The position numbers and the translations under genes were made by a program. The notes beneath the pieces are model-generated. The model did no database searches, had not been told where the DNA came from, and saw nothing but the letters and a program-made list of their open reading frames with translations. Shown piece after piece: positions 1-12,894 of a stretch of DNA of 64,000 nt. The stretch's first letter is position 1. Every line of letters starts with the position of its first letter. This DNA is from the human T2T-CHM13v2.0 reference genome, Homo sapiens. Where the stretch lies: NCBI RefSeq assembly GCF_009914755.1, contig NC_060930.1; one strand, 5' to 3'.

Positions 1-189
1 TGTACCTCAGTCATTTTTGTTCAGTTATCAAGATTATATTAGGTTAACCTGCCAACCAGCTGATTAGGACTGGCGCTTTTTTATCTAGGGGAGTTACTAT
101 AATATGTATATGTGTGTGTGTGTATAGATTCAGTAGCTTAACCACACAAAAAAAATTACTTTTAATAAATTTTAAAAGAAGTAATTTCA

Positions 190-1230
190 CTGTCCCTTCC
201 TGTTGTACCTAAAGACAAAAATAACTGCAATGACATTTTTAACTATTTACTAACAATATTTGCATTGTCAATATTGGTAATGCTGTTATGAAACTATTAT
301 ATATACATTGTAGGATGAAGCAAATGAGTAACTATGTTAATGGTGTGCAGAACCAAGAAAGACAAGAAAGCATACAAGAAAATGCAAGCATACAAGAAAA
401 TAATATAATATATTTTTAAGCAAAATTAATCAAAACCTCTCTAGTTTTAAATGTAAATAGGAAATATCAGTGTCAATTTATAAAACATTTTATCTTCAAA
501 AAAAGATTTACCTATCTTCATGACTGAAAAGGGCCAATATTCCAGCCCAGTAGTAATCATCACTCTTCATCCAATGAGGACTTTTAATTCCATTTTTCAC
601 AGAAAGCAAGCAGAGCTTCTCAGATAAATGGCTGATTATCTGATTATAGATTTGGCTGGGGCAGAAAATATACAAGATATTATAATACTAGAAGACAAAG
701 GATATATCAAATACTCCTGGTTTTGTACTAAAATAAAATAAAAGCCAAATTGAAAGGGTGCCTCTGACTAAGATGGGACACTTTGAATATCACAAACAAT
801 GATGACTGCAATGAATTGAAACTCATCAAATATGTTCAAATCCATAATTTCAAAAATGAGAATAAAACAACTAAATTAGTCATTTTAGAATTTTACTAGC
901 ACATCATTTTCTTATCATTCTAAAAACTGGTAAATAAGGGCAACGGATCAAAAACCTGTCCTGCCTATCCTAGCTCAACTGCTTTTCAGGGCAATCAAAC
1001 TGTTGATCAACAGTTTCTCTTAGAAAACAATTCATATTGAATAATTCACATTTTCCCTAAAATAATCCAACAGTAGAGATGGGGAAGTGGGTGAAGGACA
1101 TAAATGAAGTGAATTTTGACCATCACTGAGAATTTAGTTGAAATTGGGAGATGGGTAAACGTGAGTGTATATTTCAGTATTTTCTATTTTTTATGTCTGC
1201 TTGAACATTTCTATAATGAAATTTTTTAAA
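190..1230 (+). mobile_element. Old LINE-1 3' UTR fragment (L1MC4/L1MC5-like)
   Basis: Motifs such as 'ataaatggctgatt...ggctggggcagaaaatatacaagat' and 'aagatgggacactttgaatatc', plus a typical L1M terminus 'gttgaaattgggagatgggta...tgcttgaacatttctataatgaaa'. Boundaries approximate. Confidence 0.65.
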
Positions 1231-1872
1231 TGTCAAAAGAACTAGTAAGCAAAAGAAAGAGTGAAGGATTTGGGGAAAAGATACTGATTTTGCCTGTCTG
1301 GATGGACATAGTGTAGAGACACCACTGCATTCTCTGAGCAGCCGAGATAGCATGAAACCACTTGGAGAGACAGAGTAAACAGAAACATCAAGAGGGCTCA
1401 CCATCGTGCCCGTCACATTGGGTGGCTCCAAGTTACTTGTGATTTGAGTGGGTTAAAGATAGAGTAGGGGCAGATATCTTTAGGGGCTTTGACTTTATTT
1501 ATACACTTTTTAGCCATGGAAGTTTTTTGAGAAATTAATTTAAATATTTCTATCTGTGTTTTAGAGATACGTTTCTGCTGGCAAAGTGAAAAATCTGAAT
1601 TAAGAGATACAATGTTGCTGACAGAGAAATTAGTATATTAGAATATTATTACAGATAACACAATATGAGTGAATGAACTTATATAATGTAAGAGTGCAGA
1701 AGACAATTGGTATGAGAGAAACTGGAGATTTAGAATCATCAAAATGGCATAACTGAATGTGGGAGAGGAGTCAGATGAATTGAGGTATGTTTATAAAAAT
1801 CCTTAAGATAAAAGGTATAATTAGCTAGAATTACTAAGAAAGAACTTTTTCTTTTGATGAATGTAACCAGGA

Positions 1873-1873
<1 letters not shown>

Positions 1874-1920
<47 letters not shown>
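1874..1920. repeat. (TG)n microsatellite, ~23 units
   Basis: Perfect TG run read directly. Confidence 0.98.
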
Positions 1921-1921
<1 letters not shown>

Positions 1922-2928
1922 TAACTTCTATTTTTATTTTTTATTTACCCTTCTCATCCACTGTTATGCTAAAAATAGTTGGAGAATCAGGTCAACTCAA
2001 CATTCGCTTTTGCTCAAGGCTACATCCAACAAATTGCTTCTTGCTTCAATTTAGAAGAGAAATAAATCAATTACCCTTGCTGAGGGGTGGCTATCTTGAG
2101 TGATTTTAGGAAAAAATCAGGTCATTCTAAACAGGTGTCTGAAATGACTGCAAAGAGTTGAGAGTAAATAAGCACTAATTTACTATCTCCTTCATCCCTG
2201 TAATGATGTGCTTAATAGAGGACAAATTTCATCACCAGGTATTGTCAGGGTCAAACTACTATTTTAGTGTTTCTATTAATAAAAGTATTATGGGGATGCT
2301 ACACTGTCTCCGATGAAGGGTGTTTTTCTAAGAGGTTTAGGATTAAACCTTACCAGTAGCATTAGAGGGACAGCAATCTTCATATTAACACTGAGAAAAG
2401 CCCTTTGCATCCTAAATCTTCCTGACATCCTTATTCCCAAATTTGTTAACCAATGTTATCCTTAGGTGAGAAGCTAAAAGACAGAGGGACAGTAGATGAT
2501 GAGCTGATTAAGGACAGAAATATGTTTTATTTATTTCAATAACCTAAGCATCTACTAGCGATTGGTAAGTGTCCAAGGAAGAAAAGATGGAAGCAAGCAG
2601 TTAAGTTAGTTGACATGTAGAAAAAGGTAAACACAGCAAAGAATACAGAAGTGAGAGAAGACATAAATTAACTATACATTTAACATACATTATTCTCCTA
2701 TGGTAGGAGAAAAAAACAGTTTTTAACATGTGCTTGAATGGAGGGTGTATTGGATACAGGTGATTCATGTCTGGACAAGGAAAACTGTAGTCTTAATTAT
2801 GTGAAAGCTTGAATGTCTGGCTTCAACTCCTGGAAAAGCTAAGAGCAGTGGGATTTATGATGTGCTATTTAAAATCTGGAACTCCCCTGGTAACTCCCAA
2901 GACCAGTTTGTATATGAATATTTTTTAG

Positions 2929-2972
2929 CTGGCATAGCCCATTAAATAGTCTGGCATAACCCGTTAAATAGT
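2929..2972. repeat. 22-bp tandem duplication
   Basis: ctggcatagcccattaaatagt / ctggcataacccgttaaatagt, 2 mismatches. Confidence 0.9.
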
Positions 2973-3627
2973 CTGTCTTGACGAAGTGACATTAGAAGCA
3001 TAAAAAATCCACTGAGAACTTCTGCTTTAAACTCTCCCAAAGCCAAGATGTATCACACACATCTTGGTGGTTCAACCTGGAGAGAGAACAGGTCTCTGTG
3101 ACAATAAGGACTCTTTATTAGACCTGCAGTTCGGGTCCAAACATTCTTTCTCTTGTCGCATCATATTTTTTGTCTTTAAATAAAATCTTAATGTGAGTAT
3201 GTCTATGAAGTGTTACGAGTGTTTTGAAAAAATGAAACTTGTTAAAATGTTTGCAAACCGTATTCTTGAGAAAAGGAATGTGAGGCAAGGAGTCAAAAGA
3301 GAAAAACTGGGAGAATGGTTAAAAAAAAAGGTGGGGATTTGAGAAAAGATGGCTGTGGTTTAGCTATTGTGGCCTCTGTTTTTAATGGTCTGTCAATTCA
3401 TGTTTGGTAAACTCATACCAGATTAAGAGCCATCTCTGAAGTTACTAGAAAATACTTATTTACATCTCCTATTTAAAATAGTTTCTTCTTCATTTTGTGC
3501 TACACAAAGATAACAGAGTCTTACACATTGCTGAAGTGTGTGGCTGATAATTGATCCAGAAAAGGCATAACATCAAGGATTTTTGGAAAAACAAACAAAC
3601 AAACAAAATAAAGAATAGTGTAGTTCA

Positions 3628-3940
3628 GGCTGGCGTGGTGCCTCATGCCTGTAATCCTAGCAATTTAGGAGGTCGAGGTGGGCAAATCACTTGGGTCTAG
3701 GAGTTTGAGACCAGCCTGGGCAACATGGTCAAACCGTGTCTCTACAAAAAATACAAAAATTAGATGAGCATGGTGGCACACTCCTGTAATACCAGCTTCT
3801 TGAGTGGGCGAGGTGGGAGAATCATTTGAGCCCAGTAGGCGGAGGTTGCAGTGAGCCGAGATTGTGCCACTGCATGCCAGTCTGGACGACACAATAAGAC
3901 CTTGTCTCAAAATAAATAAATAAAAGAAAATAAAAAATTT
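3628..3940 (+). mobile_element. Alu (AluJb-like), full length
   Basis: Dimeric Alu with 'cctgggcaacatgg', 'tctacaaaaaatacaaaaattag' and an A-rich tail. TSD core gtgtagttca at 3618-3627 recurs at 4255-4264. Confidence 0.95.
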
Positions 3941-3941
3941 A

Positions 3942-4244
<303 letters not shown>

Positions 4245-4636
4245 TTAAAAAAAGGTGTAGTTCATGGTTAATGAAGGGGATGAGTGTGCTGCTTCTATGA
4301 CTCCTCATTACTTTTCTTTTTCTCCAACCAATGCATGAGTTGCAAAAGCAATCTCATTGTCTCTAAAAACAAACAAGAATTAGACCTGCATCATTTGAGC
4401 CAATAAGCAGAGGGAATCCTGGTTTGAGAAATTCTTATAATGTTGTAACTTGGGTTTAGGTCTAAAATTATGAGTGTTTTCTGTTTCTCTTTTCTGGAAA
4501 TAAAAGAAGTCAAATCTAAAACAAACTACATGATTGATGTAGGCTAACCTGTTTTTGAAAAATCAGACTTGATACCACATTATGAATGTTTAAAATCAGA
4601 TTAACAGATATTCCCTTGTTATGTGTTTAGTGCTAC

Positions 4637-4720
4637 CTACTATTTCATTATGAGTCATAGTTCAGAGCTCTCTACTATTTCATTATGGGACATAGTTCAG
4701 GGCTCTCTACTATTTCATTA
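4637..4720. repeat. 35-bp minisatellite, ~2.4 copies
   Basis: Unit ctactatttcattatgagtcatagttcagagctct starts at 4637, 4672 and 4707. Confidence 0.92.
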
Positions 4721-4907
4721 CGTCTTGGGCTGCACATGATTAGACATTGGTCATCACAATTTGTAACAAAGATGTCGCTTTTGTCACATTTTAAATTAAA
4801 TCAAAATAAAGTCCACTGTTTCCAAATGATCAACTGACAATGCATTAAAAAGCATAATTAGAATTCTTCTTTTCATCCTTTGAAGTTATCATTTAGTCAG
4901 ACAAATA

Positions 4908-4950
4908 TTGAAAGTAATGGCAAAAATCACAATTAATTTTCATCAACTTA
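4908..4950. mobile_element. Half MADE1 (Hsmar1-derived MITE, single TIR)
   Basis: 'aaagtaatggcaaaaatcacaattaattttcatcaactta' resembles the MADE1 arm '...taatggcaaaaaccgcaattacttttgcaccaacctaa'. Confidence 0.7.
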
Positions 4951-5059
4951 CAGACGATGAAGAGAGTACAAAATGACAATACCACTAAGATTAACCTACA
5001 CAGAGGCAGAAGGTATGAAAATAATGTTTTACTGATTTACATTTCAAGACAGTGAGCAG

Positions 5060-5300
5060 AAGCATACAAGCATATAAGTTCTAGGCTAGGAATGAAGACA
5101 CCATTACTTCTACTGCATTCAATTGGCCAAACCAAGTTACAGGGCAAAGCCAGACTTTTGTCTGGGGGGTGGGAGAGGGTGCACTGCAGGGGAAGACACC
5201 ATACTGCTACTCATGGTGTGAAAAGCTATAAAGTCACATTACAAAAGAGACTAGGAACAGGAATGAGTGAAAGATTGTGGTCATTTCTATCATTTACCAA
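5060..5300 (-). mobile_element. Old MaLR LTR fragment (MLT1J/K-like)
   Basis: 'cattacttctactgcattcaattggccaaaccaagttacagggcaaagccagac' and 'aaagtcacattacaaaag' are typical antisense MLT1 motifs. Confidence 0.65.
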
Positions 5301-6529
5301 ACCAGAGAAAATTCAAGTAAAAATTCAATGACATGGGCTTTATAGGATTCAGCCCAACTTTCCATTTTCTGCATAGAACAAAATTTCTCTTTCCTACTTT
5401 TTCTAAACAGGTAAAAAATGTTCAATCTGCAAACAAAAAAAATCATCTGAAGGAAATTTGTTAGTATATTGGTTAACATATTTTGATATAAACTCAATGC
5501 TTACAGCTGCATAGAGAGGTTTAAAATATAATTATATATATTAATGTATCTGATATTCATCATAAAGGGTATTATTATGATCAGCATTTGTTCTGATCTT
5601 TCCATTACAATCCTATAGTGTTTAAAGTGTTTTATTATTTCATAAGTTCTATTCCATGTACTTCAATGTAGTTCACTTTTGAAAGGTCATGTATTCTCAT
5701 TTTTTCACTCACAAAATACCATCCTTGTATGAATAACTTGAAATGTGTGTAATGTTTATGTATATTAATTGGACTTAACCAACTAAGAAGGGTGTAGAGG
5801 AAGCTGGAATGAAGATTAAGCTACATGTATAAGATAAGAAGTTTCTGTGTTCAGACCATCGGAGAATACAAAAAATGGACAGGTTAAGAGATACTCATTA
5901 GATTAATCATTAGTTGTAGAGCAGATGTAATTGTTGGCGAATATTTATTAGTGACTAGCAACACCTCATTATTCCCAAGAGAGCTCTGGCAGGCAGAGAG
6001 CAGGCAGTACCTTAGGAGTTACTGGGAGTGCAGTCATCATAGCAGAGCCAATGACGTAAAGCAGTACCTTGAAGACACAGAGATATCAGAGATTGCAAAG
6101 TTGATCAAGGAAAGAAAGAACTGAACACCCTGGAAACTGAATGTGGGCCAAGGGATAGATCACAACACTGCTGTTCGAGTCAGTCTCTCTTCTAGCATCA
6201 ACCATAGAGCTTCAGTGCAGACTAAAATCTTGGGCTGAAATCCTCCCAAAGCCTGCATGTGGAAATGTAAGTGAGAGGTAAGAAGGTTTCATCGTAACAG
6301 CCTAGCTGGGGGAAATGATTCATATTTATTCTTTTTTAAAAAAATAGATCTTTAGCAATTACAGACTGTCCATGTTGAGCATTCATATTTACTAATGTAT
6401 TTACTACACACGTTCACTAATTATGTGACATTTGAAAAGTTACTTAACATTACTCCTTATGTAAAATGAGGATTCTAATATGGCACTAGTAAGTACTCAG
6501 CTCAAATACATTTTGTGAGAAGTGAACTT

Positions 6530-7069
6530 GTATAGCTATTTGTTTTGGTTATTGAACACAGGGTAACAAATTACCCCTAAAAGTTATGGCTTAAATGGAA
6601 CATTTATTTTTTCATAAATCTGCCATTTGTGCAGGGATAGATCCTCTCCAGCCCACTCAGCATCAGCTGGGTGGCTGCAAGGCAGGGGACAAGAATACTT
6701 TGATGTCTCTTTCTTTCATACTTCTGTCAGTGAATGCAAGGTGTCAGTTGAGACCTTAGCCAAAAGATCCACATGTGGCCTTTCCATGTGGCCTGAGCTT
6801 CCTGAAAACATGAAGAATGAGATCTAAGGATAAGTGTCCCAAAAGCAAGAACAATCCAGGTAGAAGTGATATCACCTTTTCTCACAGTTCAGAAGTCACA
6901 GCATTACACCCACTGCATTCTATTCATTGAGGCAGTCATAAAGTCCAGTCCAATTTCAAAGACAGTAGAAAGAGTCTCTACTCTTGATGGAAAGGTGGCA
7001 AATTTCTGGAAGAGCATGTGAAAACTGGAATACTGTTGTGGCCATTTTTTGAAAATACTATGTGCCACA
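6530..7069 (-). mobile_element. MaLR solo LTR (MLT1G/H-like) inserted into a MIR remnant
   Basis: 'gtaacaaattacccc...ggcttaaa', 'ccacatgtggcctttccatgtggcctgagcttcct', and terminus 'gaaaatactatgtgccaca'. MIR-like sequence lies on both sides (6410-6530, 7070-7170). Confidence 0.8.
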
Positions 7070-8826
7070 ATTATATATGAGGTACTTTTTTAGGCAATAA
7101 GAAGTATATAAAAATTTATAAGTTCTTAAGGGTAGTTTCTGCCAGCTAATAAATAAATGCTAGTTGTTATTAACATTTTTAGCATTATCATTTTCACATA
7201 GAAAACTTTAGTGTTGATGAACAAGTATATTCCCTGCCTGCCCATAGACTTTAAAATAACATTAACAAATGAAATCAGCTTATAGTCATGTACAACTTTA
7301 CAGCTGAGGTTAAAAACCTCTTTGCGTATGAAGTTAAAGGCCTTTGATGTTTTCGTATGGAATGTTTTAACGGATTCAATAAAAGTTGATTGATACCCTA
7401 TTATACGGATAATTATACCATTGAGGTTTACCTATATGTATAGGATCTTAAATTTCTCCTCTCCAACGTATACATTTATTTAAACCTCCCAGAATTCCAA
7501 CACAAATATTATTAGGAAATAGAAACTACATGAAGTAACTTACTATCTGCCACTAGAATTTGTATTTCAGTGAGAAAAAAACTATATGATGTGCCCACTA
7601 TCCTAACACCAAAACTCAGCACTTAGAGGATAACAGACATTGCATAACTACTTGTTTTTGCTGATGCCTCACCTCCAGTTAGTAGCAGGCTTAGAGACGT
7701 GGTTCTGGAGGTTAATGGATTTATGAACTTGATCCTGTGCTAGCTTCGTATCAGAGTCATCCAGATAAAAGAAGTCAAAGGATGGCTTAGTGTGTCTTTA
7801 AGAATGCCTGAGGCATAGTACTGAACAAATACCTGAACAAGAAATGACTGAAAATAAGCCTTTAATATATGTGTCTTTGAAGTTATATTAACTAGTTTCT
7901 ACATATTTTTCCTGACTAACTGGTAGGCATCCAGTTGTAGCTGGAAGTTAAGAAATCATAAAAATAAAACAAAAAAATCTGAAAAAGCAAAAGAGAATTT
8001 TATGTGTGTGTCATATCCTACAGTACATTCAATCTATGTAAGCCTTGTCTTTGGTATGTAAATCTGCATCTCCAACCTAGATTATGATGCTGTAAATATA
8101 TATCTTGCCATTTCAGGTACTATGTCCTATTGTGAGGCTCATTTATGTCCAGTTCCAACTGAATCTTCAAATCAAGCTCTTTCTACTGCCTCTGCAGGAA
8201 ACACAGATAGAACACTTCCTTTCTTGTTCTTCTCCAGTCACTTTTAAATCTAAAGCTAGAAGTCAATTCATGATGCATCATTTATCCCCTTATTCATTCT
8301 AGGAAGGAGTTCAGAAATAATAGTAAGAAGTGGTTTATAGCTGAATATTGCTATATAACAGAATCTTGCTGTAAGCTTAGAAAGTCTTAAAATAATATCT
8401 TGAGTGAGAAAAAATATCAATTTCAAATTACTGAAATCTCCCACTTAACAAAAATTTTATCCCGATTCTCTAACCTGGCTTTCTCAGAAGAGTACAAAAA
8501 CCTTTCTACTCTATAGATGGTATGTCTGATACCTTCCGGCAATACATCCATTCAGGTTATCCACTCCACTGTCATGGTCTTTATTCACCTCTTTCTCCAG
8601 TTAAGGTGTAAAACTGATTGAATTAGGAAACTGTCATTTACTCAGACGAAGTGCCTCTCTTTAAACTCACCAGCAGAGCCCAATTCTCAAGGACTATAGA
8701 TCCTCCCTCTCACTCCCCCAAAAAGATTCCTTATAATTCACCAGACTTTGCTCTAGATCCTGAACTCCAACATAAATAGTAATATAACTCTCCCAACTTT
8801 TTTTTTCCAAGTTTATCTTAACTAGA

Positions 8827-11800
8827 TGTAGCCATTTTGAATTTGTATATAAATTCTAGAATGTTGTCAATTTTGATAAAAAGTGTATACTGGAATTCTG
8901 ATTGTGATTTATTTGAGTCTATTGTGAAATTTTATAATTTTAAATATAGAATTATGAAACATAATTGAAAGAAACATAGAATACATTTCTTTTATTAAAT
9001 TTGTTTCTAGATGTTCTTAGAAGCTGTGATAAATGCTACCATTTTAAAAATTTGCTTTCCTGGTGATTGTTGCTAGACAATTTCTATGAAAATAAAATTG
9101 ATTTCCACAGTGGTCTCGTACCCAGTGAGTTGGCTAAATTCATTTATTGTTTTTAGTACTTTGTGATTATTTAGCATACTGTTCATACACAATAATGTCA
9201 ACTATATATAATGATGACAGTTTGACTTTTTTCTCAAACCTTATAACTTTTTTTTTTCTTATCTTATTGATCTGGCTAAGACTTGCAGTATGAAGTGAAA
9301 TGGAAGTCATGATAGCAGACATCTTTGCCTCATTTCTGATATTTGAGGGAATTATGTCAAAATTTCTGTATTAACTGTGACGTTTACTTAGGTATTTTGC
9401 AGATACTCTGAATTGAGCAAGTTTCCTTCCATTTGTTGCTAGTTTAAAGTTTTGATTATGAATTTAGGTTGAATTTTATCAAGCTTTGTTTATGCATCTA
9501 TAAAGATTATAATATTATTTTTATTCTTTCCTCTAAATATGGATGTAATACATTGATTAATTTTCAACCTGACCCTTCTGGAGCAAACTCAAATATGTTT
9601 TCTATTACTCTTTTACATCACATTTGATATCTTTATTATCTTTCTGTGTAGAATTTTTATATTTGTTTTTAAAAGAGTGTCCTGTAACTTCCCTTTTTAA
9701 AACTATCTTTGAAAAGACTTAGTTTTTTTTTTTTAATTTAATAAAAGGTCATTTCAGGTTACTTTCATACAATACATTGAGAAACATTCTTACTTTTTCT
9801 ACCTTCCGGAAACATTTTTCTATGATTAACCTTATTTCTACTAAAACTATTTAAAATAATTCGTTGGTAAAGCCACCTGGGTTTGGAGTTATTAATATTT
9901 CTGTAGATATTGGTTATACAGATCTTCTATTTCTTCTTGTTATGTTTTTCAAGATTCATGCCAATTGAAAAAAATTTAATTTTTTGTCACAAAGATTTTA
10001 GACTACCTTTTTTTTCTTTTTAATTCTGTGAGATCTGGAGTATGTTATCTTTTATTTTTATAATATTTCCTTCTTCACTCTTTCTCTGTTTCTTTCCTCT
10101 CTCCCACCCATCTTGTCAAGGTTGTATTCAGCTTATTAAGCTCTTTAATATTAATATTTGTTATTATTGATTATGGTGTGTATTTGATTTCTAACATTCA
10201 TTTCTGTTTTGGATTTATTGTTTTCTCATTTTTATTTGGTATGTTTAATTTCTTATTAATGGTTTTCTAGTTTTTAAATGTTTACTTAGATCATTGATTT
10301 TTCACCTTTATTATTTTCTTAGGCAGGTATTTAAGGATATACATTATCTCGTAAATACAATTTTGGTTACATTCTAAAGGTATAGAGATGTTATATTTTC
10401 ACAATATATCACTTCAAATATTTTCTAATTTCCACTGTGACATCTTATTTTACTCATGAAGTATGAGTTATTTATAAGCACATTTTAAAAATATCCTTAC
10501 ATATGGGAATTTTTAAAATTTATATAATTATTATAATTTTGTTGCTTAAACTGTTGTCAGAAATCATTCTCTAAATAATTGTCACTTTTAGTTTGTGATA
10601 CATTTGCACTTTTAAAATGACCATTCTATAGTTGTTGAATATTGCTCTATATATGTCATTAGAATAAATATGTTTTCTAATTTTACTTAGATCTTCTGTA
10701 TTGTTTTTGTTTACTATATGCTATTGAAAACTTTGTGCTAAATTTTTTATGATTGAAGATTTGTCTATTTCTCTTTAAATGCCATTTTTCTTTATATATT
10801 TTGAAATAATATTATAAAATAGGTTATAAAATTTCAAATTTTTCAAAAGTTTATTTACATTGGATAGGAAATTGCTTATATTGTCTCTTATAATCCTTGC
10901 TTATAGTCAGTTATTTTGGTTATTGTATAATTACTTTTGCTTTCTTGGGTTAACTTTTGTATTTATATTTTTTCATCAATTTACTATCAAACATTCTACA
11001 ACTTTATATTTAAGTTTTGTGCCTTTTAAGTTACTTATAGTTTCTTTTGGTCCTGTAATGCATCCTTTACATCTACTTTGGGTATTCAGTACAATTTACT
11101 GTCACTACTATTACTATTTCCAACACATTAAATATATCCATATTACTATTTGCTTTTATTAATAGTACCTGTTTCATCTTCAGTTGTGTAAATATTTTAT
11201 TATTTTCCTTCTAGTACTTCAATAGTTTTACATTATTTACTAGTTTTTAGTGGATATCCTGGATTTGACAACATGTATTTTTCACTCATTAAATTCTAAT
11301 ATAAATTAATTCATTTAGCATTATCTAGACAAAGCTTTGACCTTAATATACTTTTGTGTTATTGATTACGTGTATTTTAATAATTCATATAATTTATGTG
11401 CCTTGAAACACATTTTTATTGTTTTATAAAGTCTACAGTAATTTTCCTTATCTTATTTAGGGCTATGTATTAGTTCCTAAATTTCTTTGTTTCTGCCTAC
11501 AAATTACTTCTTCCTGGAGAACTTCCTAACTAATGCTCTTAATATAATTATTCTGCCAATCAAATCTCTGAGCTTTTGTTTGCCATATATTATGTTTATA
11601 TTGCCTTTATTGTAGAGGAAGCTCTGTGAGAATAGAATAAAAAGTTAGCAGTTATTTTGGCAGTTTAAAAATCATATTTCATTGTTTTTAGCTTCCATTA
11701 TTTTCTATTGTCAATTGTTTTCCTTATTTTTTCTTTTATGATTAAAAAGTCTTTTTTTGCTAGTCACTTTCAATATTTTATTTTTATATTTTACTTTCTG

Positions 11801-12100
11801 AAGTTTTACTATGTGTTGTGCCTAGTTTTTCTTTGCAGTGATTCATGACTAGGTGGATAAGCTTTTCCTCATTTTCAGAAAATACTTTCCACCTTCTTTT
11901 AAACATTGCTTTTACTCTCTCTTTCCTTCCCTTTGGGACTTCAAACACACACACACACACACACACACAAAACACTCTTTACCTCTACCCTTTCTAACTA
12001 GACATTTTCAATTGTCCTGTAATTTAGTTCCAATCTCTTCTTCTGCTACATCCGTTCTGTGGTTAATTCTATTTCATTTAGAATCTTATCGTTTCTTTTT
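8827..12100 (-). mobile_element. Highly diverged old LINE-1 (L1ME-like), ORF2/inter-ORF region
   Basis: ~3.3 kb T-rich antisense L1 with 'ctggctaagacttgcagtatg', 'gacatctttgcctcatttctgat', 'gtaaagccacctgggtttggagtt'. Confidence 0.8.
11945..11969. repeat. (CA)n microsatellite
   Basis: Direct reading. Confidence 0.95.
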
Positions 12101-12631
12101 TTAGCAATGAGTAGGCAGAAATTCATATTTAGACCATAAAATTTTTCCAACTTCACAGAAACAGCATTCTGCCATAGCTATATTCAATTCACAATACTGA
12201 ACAGAATATTTACTATTTCACTCTAATGAATATGCATTTGGCTTTTTTTTCATGGTATTAGAATACTGATCAAAAGCATAGGCTAATGAACTAAGTGAAT
12301 AACTAAATAAATGTACTTAAAAATTAGATCTTTCCAGAACAAAAGAAAGTATGCTTTGATGTCTAAATTTATTTCTCACCCAGGAAAGTAGAAACTTTCA
12401 AAATGTTCATTTTGGTCTAGCCTTAAAATCTTGCCCTTTAAAAGCAGACACCTTGTCTCCTTAGATGATGATGATATTTCTGTGACCCTTTCTGTCATAT
12501 TTCTTCAAATAATTGAAATTGAAGATTTCCTAGAGGAGCTGAGAATGTATTTCAGGAGTTATATCTTTTAGCAGCTTGTTAATAATTCCCATTAGTGTTT
12601 TAAATTAATCTTTTATAAGATGTCAAGACAA

Positions 12632-12815
12632 CAGGAAGGGGAATATCACACTCTGGGGACTGTTGTGGGGTCGGGGGAGCGGGGAGGGATAGCATTGGGA
12701 GATATACCTAATGCTAGATGACGAGTTAGTGGGTGCAGCGCACCAGCATGGCACATGTATACATATGTAACTAACCTGCACAATGTGCACATGTACCCTG
12801 AAACTTAAAGTATAA

Positions 12816-12860
<45 letters not shown>

Positions 12861-12894
12861 AAATGCCCTAAATTATCAGGTCTGACAAAAAAAA
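12632..12894 (+). mobile_element. 5'-truncated young L1 (L1PA2-type) 3' end with (ATAA)n tail, 23-nt 3' transduction and second poly(A)
   Basis: 'gcattgggagatatacctaatgctagatgacgagttagtgggtgcagcgcaccagc' has GAG rather than the L1HS-Ta ACA, and 'acttaaagtat'. 15-bp TSD aagatgtcaagacaa at 12617-12631 and 12895-12909. Confidence 0.95.

Noticed and set aside
5950-6230. CCAAT overlapping a CRE-like TGACGTAA in GC-richer sequence, suggesting a promoter
   Set aside because: A single motif pair, probably an unrecognised ancient LTR. There is no supporting TSS context.
10860-11162. Hydrophobic 100-aa ORF resembling a membrane protein
   Set aside because: Its composition comes from T-rich antisense L1 sequence.
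12632-12820. Active L1HS-Ta insertion
   Set aside because: The diagnostic positions are GAG and A, not ACA and G, and the element is only ~0.2 kb.
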